Origin: Daphnia carinata
Taxonomy: Eukaryota
Direction of reading: 5' to 3'
DNA: 64,000 nucleotides
Assembly: GCF_022539665.2 (NCBI RefSeq)
Contig: NC_081333.1
Location: 12,586,001 to 12,650,000 of the forward strand
The notes under the pieces are model-generated. The model was not told the DNA's origin, did no database searches, and saw only the letters and a list, made by a program, of their open reading frames with translations. A program made the translations under genes and the position numbers. Positions 39,350 through 52,024 of this stretch are shown here, one piece after another (positions within the stretch are counted from its first letter, which is position 1; every line of letters starts with the position of its first letter).

Positions 39350-40914
39350 TTACAATCCACTCTTTAATTCATCCAAAAATACGCGGCACTTTTGTGATAG
39401 GATTTTAGCGGCTTCGACAAATAGAACTTCAGGTGGTAGTGCTCCCGTGGACTCTATGTAAACTGTTAATTTGTACGTACTATTAGATAACTGAAACAGA
39501 AGTAAAACGTAAATGTCATGACTCACAGATGAAGTGATCTCGCGCACGGGTCAACTTCACGGTATCTTCTTTTAGATCTTCGTGTCGGAAAACATTGCGG
39601 CTACAAATATCATATCGTGCATCATTGACTTTTGCGATCTTTTTTCCGCCACCTTAAACAGCAATTAAAATATGAGCTTGGCTGATCCAACATATGAAAC
39701 GAAAATGTTGGATAATTTTTAAACCCACCTGATGGGGCGTCTACCAAATCGATAACTCCGGGGGAAAAGCATTTTTGCAATCTTTCAGCGGCTTCACCTT
39801 CCACGTCTCGTAGTAGCTTTACTTGAGGCAGTAAACGATAAAAAGCAGTAGCTAGAGATCAGAAAATAAACGAGTAAGAACTTTAACAAGCGTTCTATAT
39901 AAGGTGAAAGTTTCGTAAACAAACAGCTAACCAACAGGTGAAAATTTGGCGTGATCTCTGCCAGTTCCCTTTAAAGCATGGAGTTTTACATCGAGTTCAT
40001 GACCGGGCCTCATTTTGGCGATAAGAATATCGTCGTATACTGGCCCCACTGCGTCTGGGCTAAGTAGATCTTTTTGGCCACCAAGTGGAATCCACTTCAT
40101 GTGTGATGTTAGAACTAATAAAAAATGTATAATAAATAATTATTCAAAAAATATAGAAACTAGATAACATATTATAAATAGTTTCTCTTTTACCTCTGAA
40201 ATCTCTGTATAAATCTTCAGGATTAGTGTGATCTTTAGTTCTAGAAGGATTCCATGAACATTTTACTTTTAATTCAAATTCTAATGTATCTTCTTGGGTA
40301 CCTACTTCATCGCCTATTATTCACAAATTACCAAAATTGTTTGAAGTTTTCATCGAACAAGCAAACAAAGAGAACAGTTTCAAAATTTCATACCTTCCCT
40401 TCTAAACTCAAATAACCTTGGGTCTGCTTTCAAAGGAATCAACCCTAGCCTGTGTGCCAACACTTCATCTTGTATGATGGAGGTATTATTGAACATAAAT
40501 ACTCTGTCGAAAGCCATTGTAGGTATATCAGAAAGCAAGATTCGACGCAGAGCATTTGTCACAGACGGATCAACACCAATTATATCAAATTCCATCTCTA
40601 GGTTGTCAATGCGAATAACATTGATTTTCAGTTTCTAAGAAGTTTCATCATTATACCAAATCGAAGTTTTTAAAAAATTCATTAAGTTAAATACCTTCTT
40701 GAACTTTTCTAGGGTCCATGTATCGTTGTACCCATAATGATTTCCTGGAAAATTTGTGGCTTCCGCCTAGAGAAAGACTAGTCAACATATGTGGATAAAC
40801 GGGTAGGGCGTATTGTCTTACGTTAAGGACTTCGAATTCAGTCAGGACAAGTTCATTTCTGCTTTCCTCGATGAACTGTTTGCTGGAAGAATATTTAACT
40901 TTGCTTTTACTCAT
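39350..40914 (-). CDS. POLR1C: DNA-directed RNA polymerases I and III subunit RPAC1 (AC40)
   Basis: Multi-exon. [89 protein letters not shown] and [19 protein letters not shown] are hallmark RPAC1 segments. Confidence 0.97.
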
Positions 40915-41415
40915 TTTCGTACTTAGCCCTTAGCACGTGTCAGACAGGGAACCTTTCCTTTTGAAATCTCGTCTGCTAGTACATTCAAGTTAGTGAAGAA
41001 ATCCTCCGATAGGTGAGTCACAGGCGTGTAGCGGGAAATTCAAATTGCAACTCGAATCAACTGTACTTACTGAGCACTATGCAAGGTTTAAAATTTCCAC
41101 GCAATTTAGTGGCGTAGTAGATTTTTACAGAATCTCAATTTGCACTTTTTTTTATTTTCTGTGGCATAACATACTGGAAATACTGTACACAAGATAGAAC
41201 AGGATAGGCAGCAAAGCATGACAATTAGTACGACACTTAAGGTATATGCTGCGGTATTCCGGCGTATCAAACAGAACCGAACTAAACTAATACAACAGCA
41301 CTTTAGAGGACATCACATGAGCCACGAATATTTTATAGAAGAGAATAGTAAAGGGACATTTGCCCTGAGACTGAATCCCACAAAACCCCAAATTTCATTC
41401 TTCTTCGACCTCTGC

Positions 41416-43479
41416 TTAATTTTTGGCCTTGTTCTTTGACAAAATGTAGCGTGACATGACATCAATTCTAGAGTTGATTTTGGTGTCGTCTTCACGAGTT
41501 CTTGGTGTCCTACGTCTCGGCTGTGACGCTTGTTCGGCATAATCCTGTGGCACGGCCATCGGCTCTCTTTTGCCTTTAGAACACATAATTTTAACAAAAA
41601 TTGGATAAGCTAAAAAAAAAAATAAAAAACACAAAAGAAACCAAGCGTTTCCTAACCAGAAGTGGTATTTTCCGAATCCGATTCCTTATTGGCGGAACGG
41701 CTGGAAGTGTACATGGAGCGCTGGGTGTCGTACGTGGGTGGTTCATACGAAGAGGAATCGAGCGGCTTCAACGAAGACGGTCGAACATATGAGCTGGAGC
41801 TCGAACCGCTTCTGTCATAGTTCTTGTCTTCATTGAGATAAGTCGCAAAAAAACGAGAAAGACTATTTCACTTTGCGTTAATTTCTGCTCAATTTTGTGT
41901 CAATTCATTATTCATTACCGAGTAGACGGCTGGGAGTTTGATTTTGCTGTGTAACGGTTGAGCGCAGAAGTGGTTGCCTGACGCAATTTACGTAGATCTT
42001 CTTCAATGTCCTAGGGAACACAAACAAAACAAGTATTGCACACTGGAATATGAAAAATATTTTAACAACCTAAACTGACTTCTAGTTTCAGTGTGGGTTC
42101 TGCGTCTCCATCATCGTCGAAGAGCGCGTCCACATTGATCCGTGGTCTCGTCGAAGAAGTTCTGACGGTTTCAAACTCGCCTTCGTCATCCACATAAGCG
42201 GAACGGTTAGGACGCGGACGGACGTGCTGGGGTTTCTCAAATTCAAAATCCTCATCGGCTTCTCGCTGGGAAGCCCGAGTGTACCGCGATTTTTCTTGCT
42301 GGGTCTTCATTGCGTCAATATCTTCGTCATCTTCGTCATCATACGGAGCTCTGTCACGGAGATATCCATCTCTCTCCCGTGCGAACATTGATTGTGGAAA
42401 CTGACACGCGATCCTTGGAACGGCCCCTTGGTACCTTGGTGCCTACAGAAATTGATCAGGTTACTCATTACTTGCAATTCAGACGCAATGTTAACATATA
42501 GCTTTCGTATAAAATAAAATTTATTTAGACTATGTTTTTTCTGCTAGATCCGCTTCCTCTTTGGCCAGTGGCCATCACTTCTACACTTGCTCACCAACAT
42601 CCAGAAATGTTATTTTCGGTTCTTGAATTAACCTGTTCCGCATTCTTAGCATCCAAATTTTACAGGCCGCAGTTCCGTATGGAAGGCATCCACACAAGAT
42701 ACGATGAGAGGCTTTGGCCGATATGAGTTGGCACAAAGTCAGGGGTTCAAAATTAGACTGCCGAAGGCGGTGCTGATGGGAGCGGGATTTTACGGGAGGA
42801 AGGAAGTTGACGTAAACACAGCCCATGCTCCTTTTTTTCGCAATCGCAGCAATTTACAGCATCATTGGCGTTCGTTAGATATCTGACATTCTACCCTAAG
42901 CTTATCATCCTAGCGCTGATCCGTTTGCGTACGAACTACGATGGACGTTTATATGAATGTTACTTAGAAACCCATAAAACACTGAAAAATAAAAAGAAAA
43001 AGACATTGTCTTTAAGCAAAAATTCTTAAAGGTAATTACAATTCTTGCGCTTTTTCCATTCGATTAGCTTTAAAATTTGTAGAAAGTCTGCAGTGTAGGA
43101 TCAAATAGAAATGCCAACACCTGGATCATCGTGGCTTTTAATCTTCATGTCTTGAAAGAGCTCGGGTACCTTCCATTTTTCTTTCATTTGATTTTGAAAG
43201 ACTTCTTACCATTCCTCAGCAGACACGTCATCGAGAGGTTCATTTTACCGTTTATCTTTCGTCCATCCGCGGGAAAGATTCCAGTCGCATTTTTATTTTT
43301 CTTGATTGTTTTGTTTAATTTGCTGGCAGAACGAAATTGGAAGATAAACATACCGGCATGCAGTTGCTACGCATTGCGTTTGGGTAGGGCATCATTGGAG
43401 GCATGGCATAGCCTCCACCATAGGGAGCAAACTCTCGTTGACTGGGTCGTTCATAGTAGTAATTTCCTGAACCTGCCAT
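41416..43479 (-). CDS. fau-like paralogue 2 (~314 aa, most divergent, internal acidic insertion)
   Basis: Exons 43354-43479, 42080-42442, 41919-42010, 41657-41862 (or 41841) and 41416-41573. They give MAGSGNYYYERP…MRSNCMP | APRYQGAVPRIA | DIEEDLRKLRQATTSALNRY | SSYVRPSSLK…RSMYTSSRS | DDTKINSRIDVMSRYIL, with the same intron phases as paralogue 1. Confidence 0.78.
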
Positions 43480-43812
43480 TGTAATCGTCTTCTCAATGTC
43501 CAGTGCAGTTAAGGAATATAACGGAACAGCAGAGAAAAACAATAAAAGTTAGACAACGTATAAAAAAATACATAAATTGCATTTTTTGCTTACCTGGTAG
43601 TCAGATATAATTTTTCAGAATAGTCCAAATGAATCGATGCTGTACAGCTATTACAAAACGTAAATTTTGATTAAAGGGAGCGGCTTTTTGTCGTCCGGCT
43701 ACCAACAAGAGTTTGGCTTCGACTGTGTTGGTGGTATAGGGTGCAGAAGGAAACCGACGTGAGTCGTTCACCGAACAAAATTCGTGCAAGTTTTACATTG
43801 CAACACCCAGCG

Positions 43813-43822
43813 CTATATTTAG
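43813..43822. promoter_or_regulatory. MEF2-type site upstream of paralogue 2
   Basis: CTATATTTAG followed by ATGCCA, as in paralogue 1. Confidence 0.65.
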
Positions 43823-44587
43823 ATGCCAAGGCCGTTGGACTTGGGTTGCTCAGCATTGGTTGAACAAGTTTCAAAGGCAATATATATGCCGGGCATCACG
43901 GATAAACTATACATCCAAGCGAGATGATAGTCGATGACGTCTTTGCATCATCATTCTCCGATTTTGAGCCTCCAATCAAACAAGATGTCTGCCATTTGAA
44001 CACGGAAGAAGAAGCAGTACAGGATTTTTAGAAAGGGGAGAGAAGAAGTGGTAGGAATTAAAAAGGTTAACTCCGTCAACTTGCACAGAAGATTGCAAAT
44101 GATAAACGGAGCAAAGATAAATCACTTTTGCCTGTTTTCACAATACTGAAGGATGTGCACACCCTTGTGAACACATCCATTGCTTGAGTCTTAATGATGC
44201 ACAAGTACAAGTACCATACTCAGCACCAATCGAGCTCAGACCAAAGAGAATGTGATGTTCCGACAGGTTCCACTTTTCTCTGTTGATTTGCTTTACATCA
44301 TACAGGAATTGAAACATGAAATCGATATGAAAACACAGACACTACGTAAAAGGGAAAAAAAAGATAACCTTACCGTCGGTACATGAACCAGAACTGTTAC
44401 TATGCATTGAAACTATGTGACATAAGGTAACACACTTTCACTCTTGGCTGGGAATCCCCGAAACCCAGAGAACCTGTTTTCAGTCTAGGACATTCTAATT
44501 TCAGGGACTTTTATAATCACACGAAAATGGTATATAAGTTATTAGAAAACATTTTGATTTTTGAGCCTGCATTTTACGCATTCAGCG

Positions 44588-46712
44588 CTATAAGTTCCAC
44601 GAAAACGCTTTCCCTTGATAGACGGGTTCATCCGGTAGTAGTGTCAAATCTAATGAATAAGATGAAGCATTCAACACGCCCATCGAAATCGTTGGGATAG
44701 TTTGTTCGGGTTGTTTGTTCTTTGGTTCTGCATTTTCTTTGCTCGTACTATTTCCAAAGATCCCAATATTCGATTATTTCACAGTCGATTTCTACTGTTG
44801 CATTATTCATAAGGCAATGGTTTTCACTTACTAGAGTCCAGGAAATTTCGGTTTCAATAATCGATTTTTCAACTGAAGTGATGTCTTGTGACTGGTATTG
44901 GGAGTGTGGATGCCGGGGCCTGTTTGTAGATGATCACCTTCCATGGGTGGGCACATGTCACTGGTAAACGCGTGCGTTCCTACGTTGATAACCTTCATGT
45001 GTCGATTCAGGATAAAGCTCAAATTAAAATCTTCGTCGTCTTCGCCAAGCGGATGGACCATGTTCTCGGCGACCTTTAAAAATAGCGCGACACAGGTATG
45101 AACGAGTAAACAATGACATTGATTACGTTTGACATACTTTTTTGCTTTTCCTTTTCAGATATGTAAAATTACCTTGAGCAATCCCAAATAAAAAAGAATT
45201 TGCAAAATTGCCCAGACTGGGAAGTAAACATCGATAGGAATATCCTTGTTCCCGGTGTCGATATTTTGCCGTCCGATTAGACTAGCAAAGACGAACGAAT
45301 ATGGTAGACAAGGTTACCACCTATTTGCACAGTCATAATAAAATGAAGGAGGGGATGATTGTGTCCGATGAAAACAACAAGGATATAGTGTTATTACCTG
45401 AGTATACACTACGAGATTTCCGGAAGGCAACACAAGAAAATAATTATTTGCATTTATGATGATTGGGAAAATAGAGTAATGAAATGGACATACCTAGAGG
45501 AATGGTAACCCAGTCATAACGCCACAAAAGGCCACATTTGGAACGGAAGTCTAAAAACTCCTGTAACGACAGATCAAATGAATGAACATTGACAACGTTG
45601 GAGACAGTATTAATATCCGGAATACCCTCATGATGAGTTGAGCACCATATGAATCAATTACGCGCCCTTGGATTTTAGCTTCTCGAAGTCGATGGCAAAA
45701 CCAAAGGCCAGGCACCCAAAACAAGTTGCAATCGGCTTTCACTGCCTGTTCCGTATCATACAGGATAGGAAAAAGTTCACCATCAGCATATGAATTTAGT
45801 TAATGATTATCGCTTTTACCTTGAAGCACTCCATTTCTGCTTTCGTCATAAAACCTGGAGTATTAAATTAAGGACAATGATCAAATACAACAAATGAAGG
45901 TCTTCATTTTCATACCTGCATTGACAACGTCCTCCAGGGTGTTCAAACGAAACTTGACTGCTTCAGAAATAGTGCGGAAAACGAGGACAGCCATAAGGTT
46001 ACAGTACTGCAAAAGTGTTTTCCGCAATAACTTTGATTCATTATCGCATCCGGGAATATACATGACGATGGACAGCATGATTCTAGGCAAAAGAACGACA
46101 CAATCAAAGTCACATCAGGCCATCCAAATATTAATAAACGGGAAAAAAAATCTACCTGTCGGGCCAAGGTAATGCCAAACACTGCTGCCACCACCTAGTT
46201 GCTGTTTTAGCAAGGTCGTATGCGGAGACAAAAGCAAGATATGATCAATAAAAAGTACAAAATTTTAACACATTAAAAAGCTAAGAAAATTACCAACGGT
46301 GGTAACATAGAATCCCAAGATAAAGGGGAGGGGAAGCGCGCTCAAGTATTTCTCGCAATAGCGCACGATCTTTTCGAAAAAACTACTCAACATCAGAACT
46401 GTTAAAAAAATCGAGACAACGAGCTACTTTGCATCAAACTTGAAAATAAAAATACCTTTTCTGTTCACTATCGAGCGCCTGCAAAACAACAGGTAAGAAA
46501 CAAAAGGGAGAAATTTAGAACTTGAAAAAAAAAAAAAACGTGAATATTAAACAGCAGCTTACCTGGCGATAAATAACGCTGATTGCGCAGAAGAGAACCA
46601 GAAAACAGGCGAGTTCTCTGTAACACAACTTGTACAATGATCCACGCCATTTGAAAAGGAGAGTCAGAAAACTTTTCTTCATATCCAATCCCGGCGTCTT
46701 CTTGAGATTCAT
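44588..46712 (-). CDS. Bestrophin family chloride channel, divergent, with an apparent +1 frameshift near 45302
   Basis: LLFKWRGSLYKL, PLPFILGFYV, RWWQQ..LPWPDR, YDWVTIPLVYTQVVTL, SLIGRQ, DVYFPV..LQ..FYLGLLKVAE..HPLGEDDEDF are canonical bestrophin motifs spread over about 12 exons. The start codon and last exon are less certain. Confidence 0.93.
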
Positions 46713-47539
46713 TTTTCGCTGATAGAGTTATCTGACGTCTAAGGGATGCAAATCTCCTATGGGTACACTGACAAACAAACTAGACGTTTAACTATGCTGT
46801 TGAGTGCTTATGAACCATAACTTACATAAAATGAAATGAGAAAATTGCGAATCAACAGGCAGACTGTGATTGTTAGCCCGACTTTCAGGTTGGTAACACG
46901 GTGATCGTCTGAAGACGAAATTGCTCTGGCCAATGAATTGGCGCTGTCTCCCTCCCTTCCGCCAGGCGTTGCTCTTACTTTCGTAAACAGGTTTCCATTT
47001 AAAACATAAGAGGTGGGTTGGTCCTCAGGCTAATTGTTTCTTTGTGCTTACTTAAGTTGGTAGTAATGGACGTCCTTTTTTCCTGTGGTATCCAAGTCAG
47101 ATGTCCTACTTGATTTATTTCCTATCAGTAACGGTATTGTAAAAAGAACTAGAACGGAAGGGGCAGGAAGAAGATGAGGAGATATAGGCAGGGAAAGACG
47201 TCTGAAAGCTTTCTTATATGACCACGAGTTACTTTTTTTGAGGTTGGATAACTTACGTACCTGAGATAGACCTATACATGGAGAAGTTCGTCGCCATCTG
47301 ATTGAAGGTTTTTATTAGGTTACTACTTGCATTTTAGTTGATTATTATGCAACCTACGGTGAGTTGCCAATCCTGAATTGTTAAGGAAAAATGATTAGAC
47401 AAGCAAGTTTAATATTTCACGTAGAATTTTCATTCTCATTGAACAACGAACGATTTTAAGGCGATTGCGGACGACTAAGGGAAAAGCTAGCTGTATTATT
47501 TTTTTTTTTTGCTTTTAAATTAACAATCCGAGAGTTAAG

Positions 47540-50062
47540 CTACTCATTTTTTGGCAATATGTAATGGGAAAGAAAAGAAATTCCGCGTTTGATTTTGCTA
47601 TCGTGTTCGGAGAATTTCGGAACGCTGCGTTTCGACTGCGGGTAATGTCCTGTATAGCTTCTGGATTCCATATCACCTGACATTGTTAATGCGCATGTTA
47701 CGTGATTAATTGTTTAAAGTGAAAAGCGATTTTTAAAAAAGAAAGAAAAATACAACAATAAAATTAAGACGTCGCTCTGAAAGACGGAGAGAAATAGGCT
47801 ACATGGTGTTGAATGCACTAGCCAACTTTTACAATCAGTATTCGACAACGATATATTGTAATGAAACGTAAAATTAGATGTCTACATAAAAGCTATGCTA
47901 AGAAATTATGTACAGTACAAACACGAAGGATACTCAACTATTTCCAGATTTGAAAAAGACAGAACTGTAAAACATTACGCTATTTCGACGACGCATTCAG
48001 ATCCGGTATAATAAGATAAATCGTAAGTTATTTCTACTCGTTTGAAGTAAAATTATAAGGAATGTTATTCTAACGCCATTCCATTCGGATAAGATGAGAG
48101 GAAGATTCCATTTTCTTGGCTCCATTCCCGTTATTCTACAGGGCCTTTTAAAACCTGCGCTGCTAACAGTAATTGACTGATTGTGTTTTCGTCGCATTTC
48201 ATTTACTATCGTCGAAAACTGCAGTGGAATTTGGGCCACAAAAAAAATGTACTGGATAAGATTTGTCTTTCCAAAATCGATTAAGTAATTTATAGGGAAG
48301 AACCGCGCGTACGTTGCACTAGTACCTTAATTAAAATCCCTAAAGTTTATGGTTTACGGATGAAACTAATCGTCGAATAAAATTTGAAATACCAATTATC
48401 TAAAAGTTTAAACTTATTAGATCCTCATAAAATTCCCTCGACTATCTAACTGTTCGCACGATTATCGACCAATTGTTTCAAGAATACGAAAATATCATTC
48501 CATAAGCGATATTTAAAAGCTTCTTTTGCTCAGTTATGTAATTGCGGCATTGAAAATATTTCATTAAGAAAAGTGTTGAGCTCACCAAACGTGCTTTTCG
48601 GTGAATCCCAATGCTTTGAACGGCTAGAGACGTACATGGAGCGACCCGAATCGTAAATCGGAGCCTTGTAGGTCGAGTATTCCAAAGACTTCAACGTCGA
48701 TGGTCGGTAATATGAGCTGTAGTTGTTTCTCCAATAATTGTTGTTTCCGCTACCGTAGCTAATAAAATAAAATGCAAATCAGGTAAGATGTCCACAAAAA
48801 AAAAAAAAAAATTTTCGATTTTATTTTTCATACTCGGATGAGTAACGGTTGGCCAGCGTCGACAGTTCCACGTTTGACGGTTTCCCTGTTGTAAATCGGT
48901 TGAGCACAGATGACGCTGCGTAACGCCAATTTCGTATATCATCCTCAATATCCTTTTAAAGAAGACGGTAAGAAAGGACGATGGAAACAAATGTGCGAAA
49001 TTAGCTGACGACCGAGTGAAGAAAACAAACAAAGGTAAACTTACTTGTATAGTGTTGGAGAAGGTACTTTCCAGCGATGAGACAGGATTGTATTTTTGTC
49101 CCTGAGTCAAGATGGCTTCTACATCGTCATCGTCACCGTAGAGAGCAGAGTATCGTAACAGACGCTCTCGTGTCGAAACCATCGGCGATGCGGTTGCGTC
49201 CCATAGGCGGTGGTGAGCGATTTTAGGAATCGCCGTGTGATACGTCAGCGCCTACAAATGCAAGACGGCCATCAATCAAGACGAAAAACAGGACAAAAAG
49301 GTGGAAAAAAACATGGTAGCTTACTCGGGGGGTCGACGTCACCGAATAGATTGAGACGCGTGGATACGACGAATAGATGGACGGGTGATACGTGCTCCAA
49401 CAGGACGAATGCTAACGAAGTTAAGATTTTTTAAAATAAATTAAAATCCTGGAATTTTGATCAACTAAGTATTCAATTGCCTTAAGCGTTAGACTTCTTG
49501 TCTTCCGAAATGAAAACGAAGATTGATAAATGATAGAGAATCATAAAACTAAACCCAAAACTAGACAAGACGGGCGCCCAAGTTAGGTATCCAAAAAAAG
49601 ATACCGATGGCTTTTACGCTGAAGGCAATAAAAACAAATGGCACAAAAACACAGGAAAAGGAGGGAAAAGATCACACGTTGCTCCGTCCAAAATTAGACT
49701 CAGGGACTGCTACAGGCAGCATTACAAGTATGGAGAAATAGTTATCGTAAACAGGGCTGACGCTCCCAATCCTTTCTTGCGATTTACAGTAAACTGTACA
49801 GAATTATGTGACATTTAAGGTGTTTACTTCTGCATAAACTTGAATTTTTTTAACGCGCTAAAGGAGTGTGCAATCGCAAACATAAACACAGTGAAAAAAT
49901 AAATATATAACAAGAAAACGAAGATTTAAACGTTGTGAAGCTTACCGGCATGTACGTACTGCGCACTGATGATGTGTAGGGCAACAAAGAAGTGCCATAG
50001 GAGCCATAGGAATTCAAATATCCGCTGTGCCAGGGTCTTTCGTAGTAGTAATGGCCTGTCAT
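47540..50062 (-). CDS. fau-like paralogue 3 (279 aa, no acidic tail)
   Basis: Exons 49946-50062, 49325-49411, 49045-49251, 48834-48952, 48586-48758 and 47540-47676. They give MTGHYYYERP…VRSTYMP | HSSCWSTYHPSIYSSYPR | ALTYHTAIPKIAH | [20 protein letters not shown] | … | [32 protein letters not shown]; all phases are consistent. Confidence 0.82.
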
Positions 50063-50318
50063 TGTACTCTTCTGCTGAATCATTCAATGAGGCGATCACT
50101 ACAGTTGAATCAATTTTAGTGGTTTTTTCTTACCCTGTTTGTTCTGTTGTTTCTTCAACTAAGCTATCTTGATAGCGGAATAAAGGTATGTTTGACGCAG
50201 ATTCGTTTTCGTTGTCCGATCACCAAGGAAAGCGCATCGCCGACTGTAGTCGGACGAAGTGGAAACCGATCCTCAACCACCTAAACAAAACTCTTTTTAG
50301 AGTGTGGGCAAGCGGGTA

Positions 50319-50328
50319 CTAAATTTAG
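50319..50328. promoter_or_regulatory. MEF2-type site upstream of paralogue 3
   Basis: CTAAATTTAG in the same context (ACTAAATTTAGAT) as paralogue 1. Confidence 0.65.
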
Positions 50329-52024
50329 ATTTCAAGGCTCCAGTAAAATGGTTTTAAAAACATTAAATTTGCAAAAACTGCGTTCAACCACCAGAATAAA
50401 CATTCCCCAGCGCTTATGTAATCGTCCCTTTCTTTAACAACAAAAATGTTTTCCTTCCGGCATAAAGTACAACTTACTGAAAAGAAAACATTATTTGTTA
50501 GTATAATGCCGTAATGTTAAAAGGAAATTCCTGATAATTAAAGTATAAGAAAAAATTGAATAATTACTCATAAACTCCAATTGTTCATGTGCTGGGATCT
50601 TTGTGGCAAAGTTACTAATTGTTATTCTTAGGCTTTGTCGACACCAGAGACATCGCTATGGGATGAAGTCATCATCGGACGGGAATGACGTGCTTCAGCA
50701 GGCTTCCTAAATAGAGTATCAGGTATTCATGTCTGGTAGTACTAGTGCATGAGTTCTATTGATTTACAATGTTCTAACGTGGGAAATGTGGTATTTCGCG
50801 GGTATCTTTGGGTCTTCAACGAACGAAGCTTGTGAATAAAACTGGCATGGCAACAACACTTTTTTTCATGCATTCAATAACGCTTGTTATCGAAGTAAAA
50901 TGCTTTCACAGCACACCTACAACCAATGAGTTGGCTATCTTTTTGCTTCCAACTGAAAGAAAATGTAAGGTCAGTGAAAAGCTCATTGAGGTTTATAAAA
51001 ATTCATATACCACAATTTTTACTTCAGGTCTTTATCGGAACCTGAAATGGGAAGAACTGAAAACTGAATTGCTCTAAAAATTAGAAATGATACAAAAAGT
51101 TATTGTTAGTTGACAATAAGATATAGTTACCTTTTTTTTATTGCCTCTCATCATCTTGAATTCTTTGAATCTCTAATCAACTAGCAACCAACACCATCTT
51201 GAAAATGTTTCAGTACTAGGATTCTTTCAGCACTCCGTAAGTAATGTGGATGAGAGAACTCAATGGAATATCTTTGCAGAATATACTTGATATTCTTCTA
51301 TGACTCAATGGTACCTTTTGATACCCAACCCATTTTGACTAGATAACACATCACCTTTTCACCGAAAAAAATTTGAGCTTTAAGACTAACATATTTGTAA
51401 TTTTAGCAAACCTTAGTCTTACCTAGGATGAGGAAGCTCTACAGAAGACATCTGTATAGCAGCAAATCAAATGATACTTTCTGAAGGAAAAAATTCACCT
51501 TTTCCTTGTAGATAAAGCTCAGTTTTGGTCTATTCATTTTGACACGAGTACCATAAACTTGTTTCTACATTGGCACAAATGAAACACGTGTTCTCAAACG
51601 ATAGAACAATGAAAATAACCAATGCAAATCATGATCTGTTAGCAAATATGGTCAAATAACTGTAACAGTACCACCGCAACAAACAGGTAAAACACAAAAG
51701 AATGCTAACTGAATAACGACCCCTGTTTAAGGGGTCGTACCCAAATAAAGAAATATTTTAAAAGTCAATCAATACTTTCCACGTGACCTCCTTTTTGTGC
51801 ATGATGAACCTTGATTCAAATTCCCACGAGTGCTCTTTCTGCTCGTGACACCCGATAAAAAATCAAAGTTATATATTTTAACGGTAGATGTCGTTGACCA
51901 AGGAATTCCACTGGCCAATTACATAAGCATCTATTTGCCTCTATATTTATTTACTATACACATGATAAAGCAAAATACACAGTTAACGAACAAGAACAGA
52001 TAATAGATTGCAAGGTAATCGAGA

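Noticed and set aside
50600..51500. Pseudogene fragments between paralogue 3 and the papain-fold gene
   Set aside because: Exon-like pieces contain stops and give no identifiable homology.
51716..51739. Helitron 3' hairpin (ACGACCCC…GGGGTCGT)
   Set aside because: No CTRR terminus at the expected distance on either strand.
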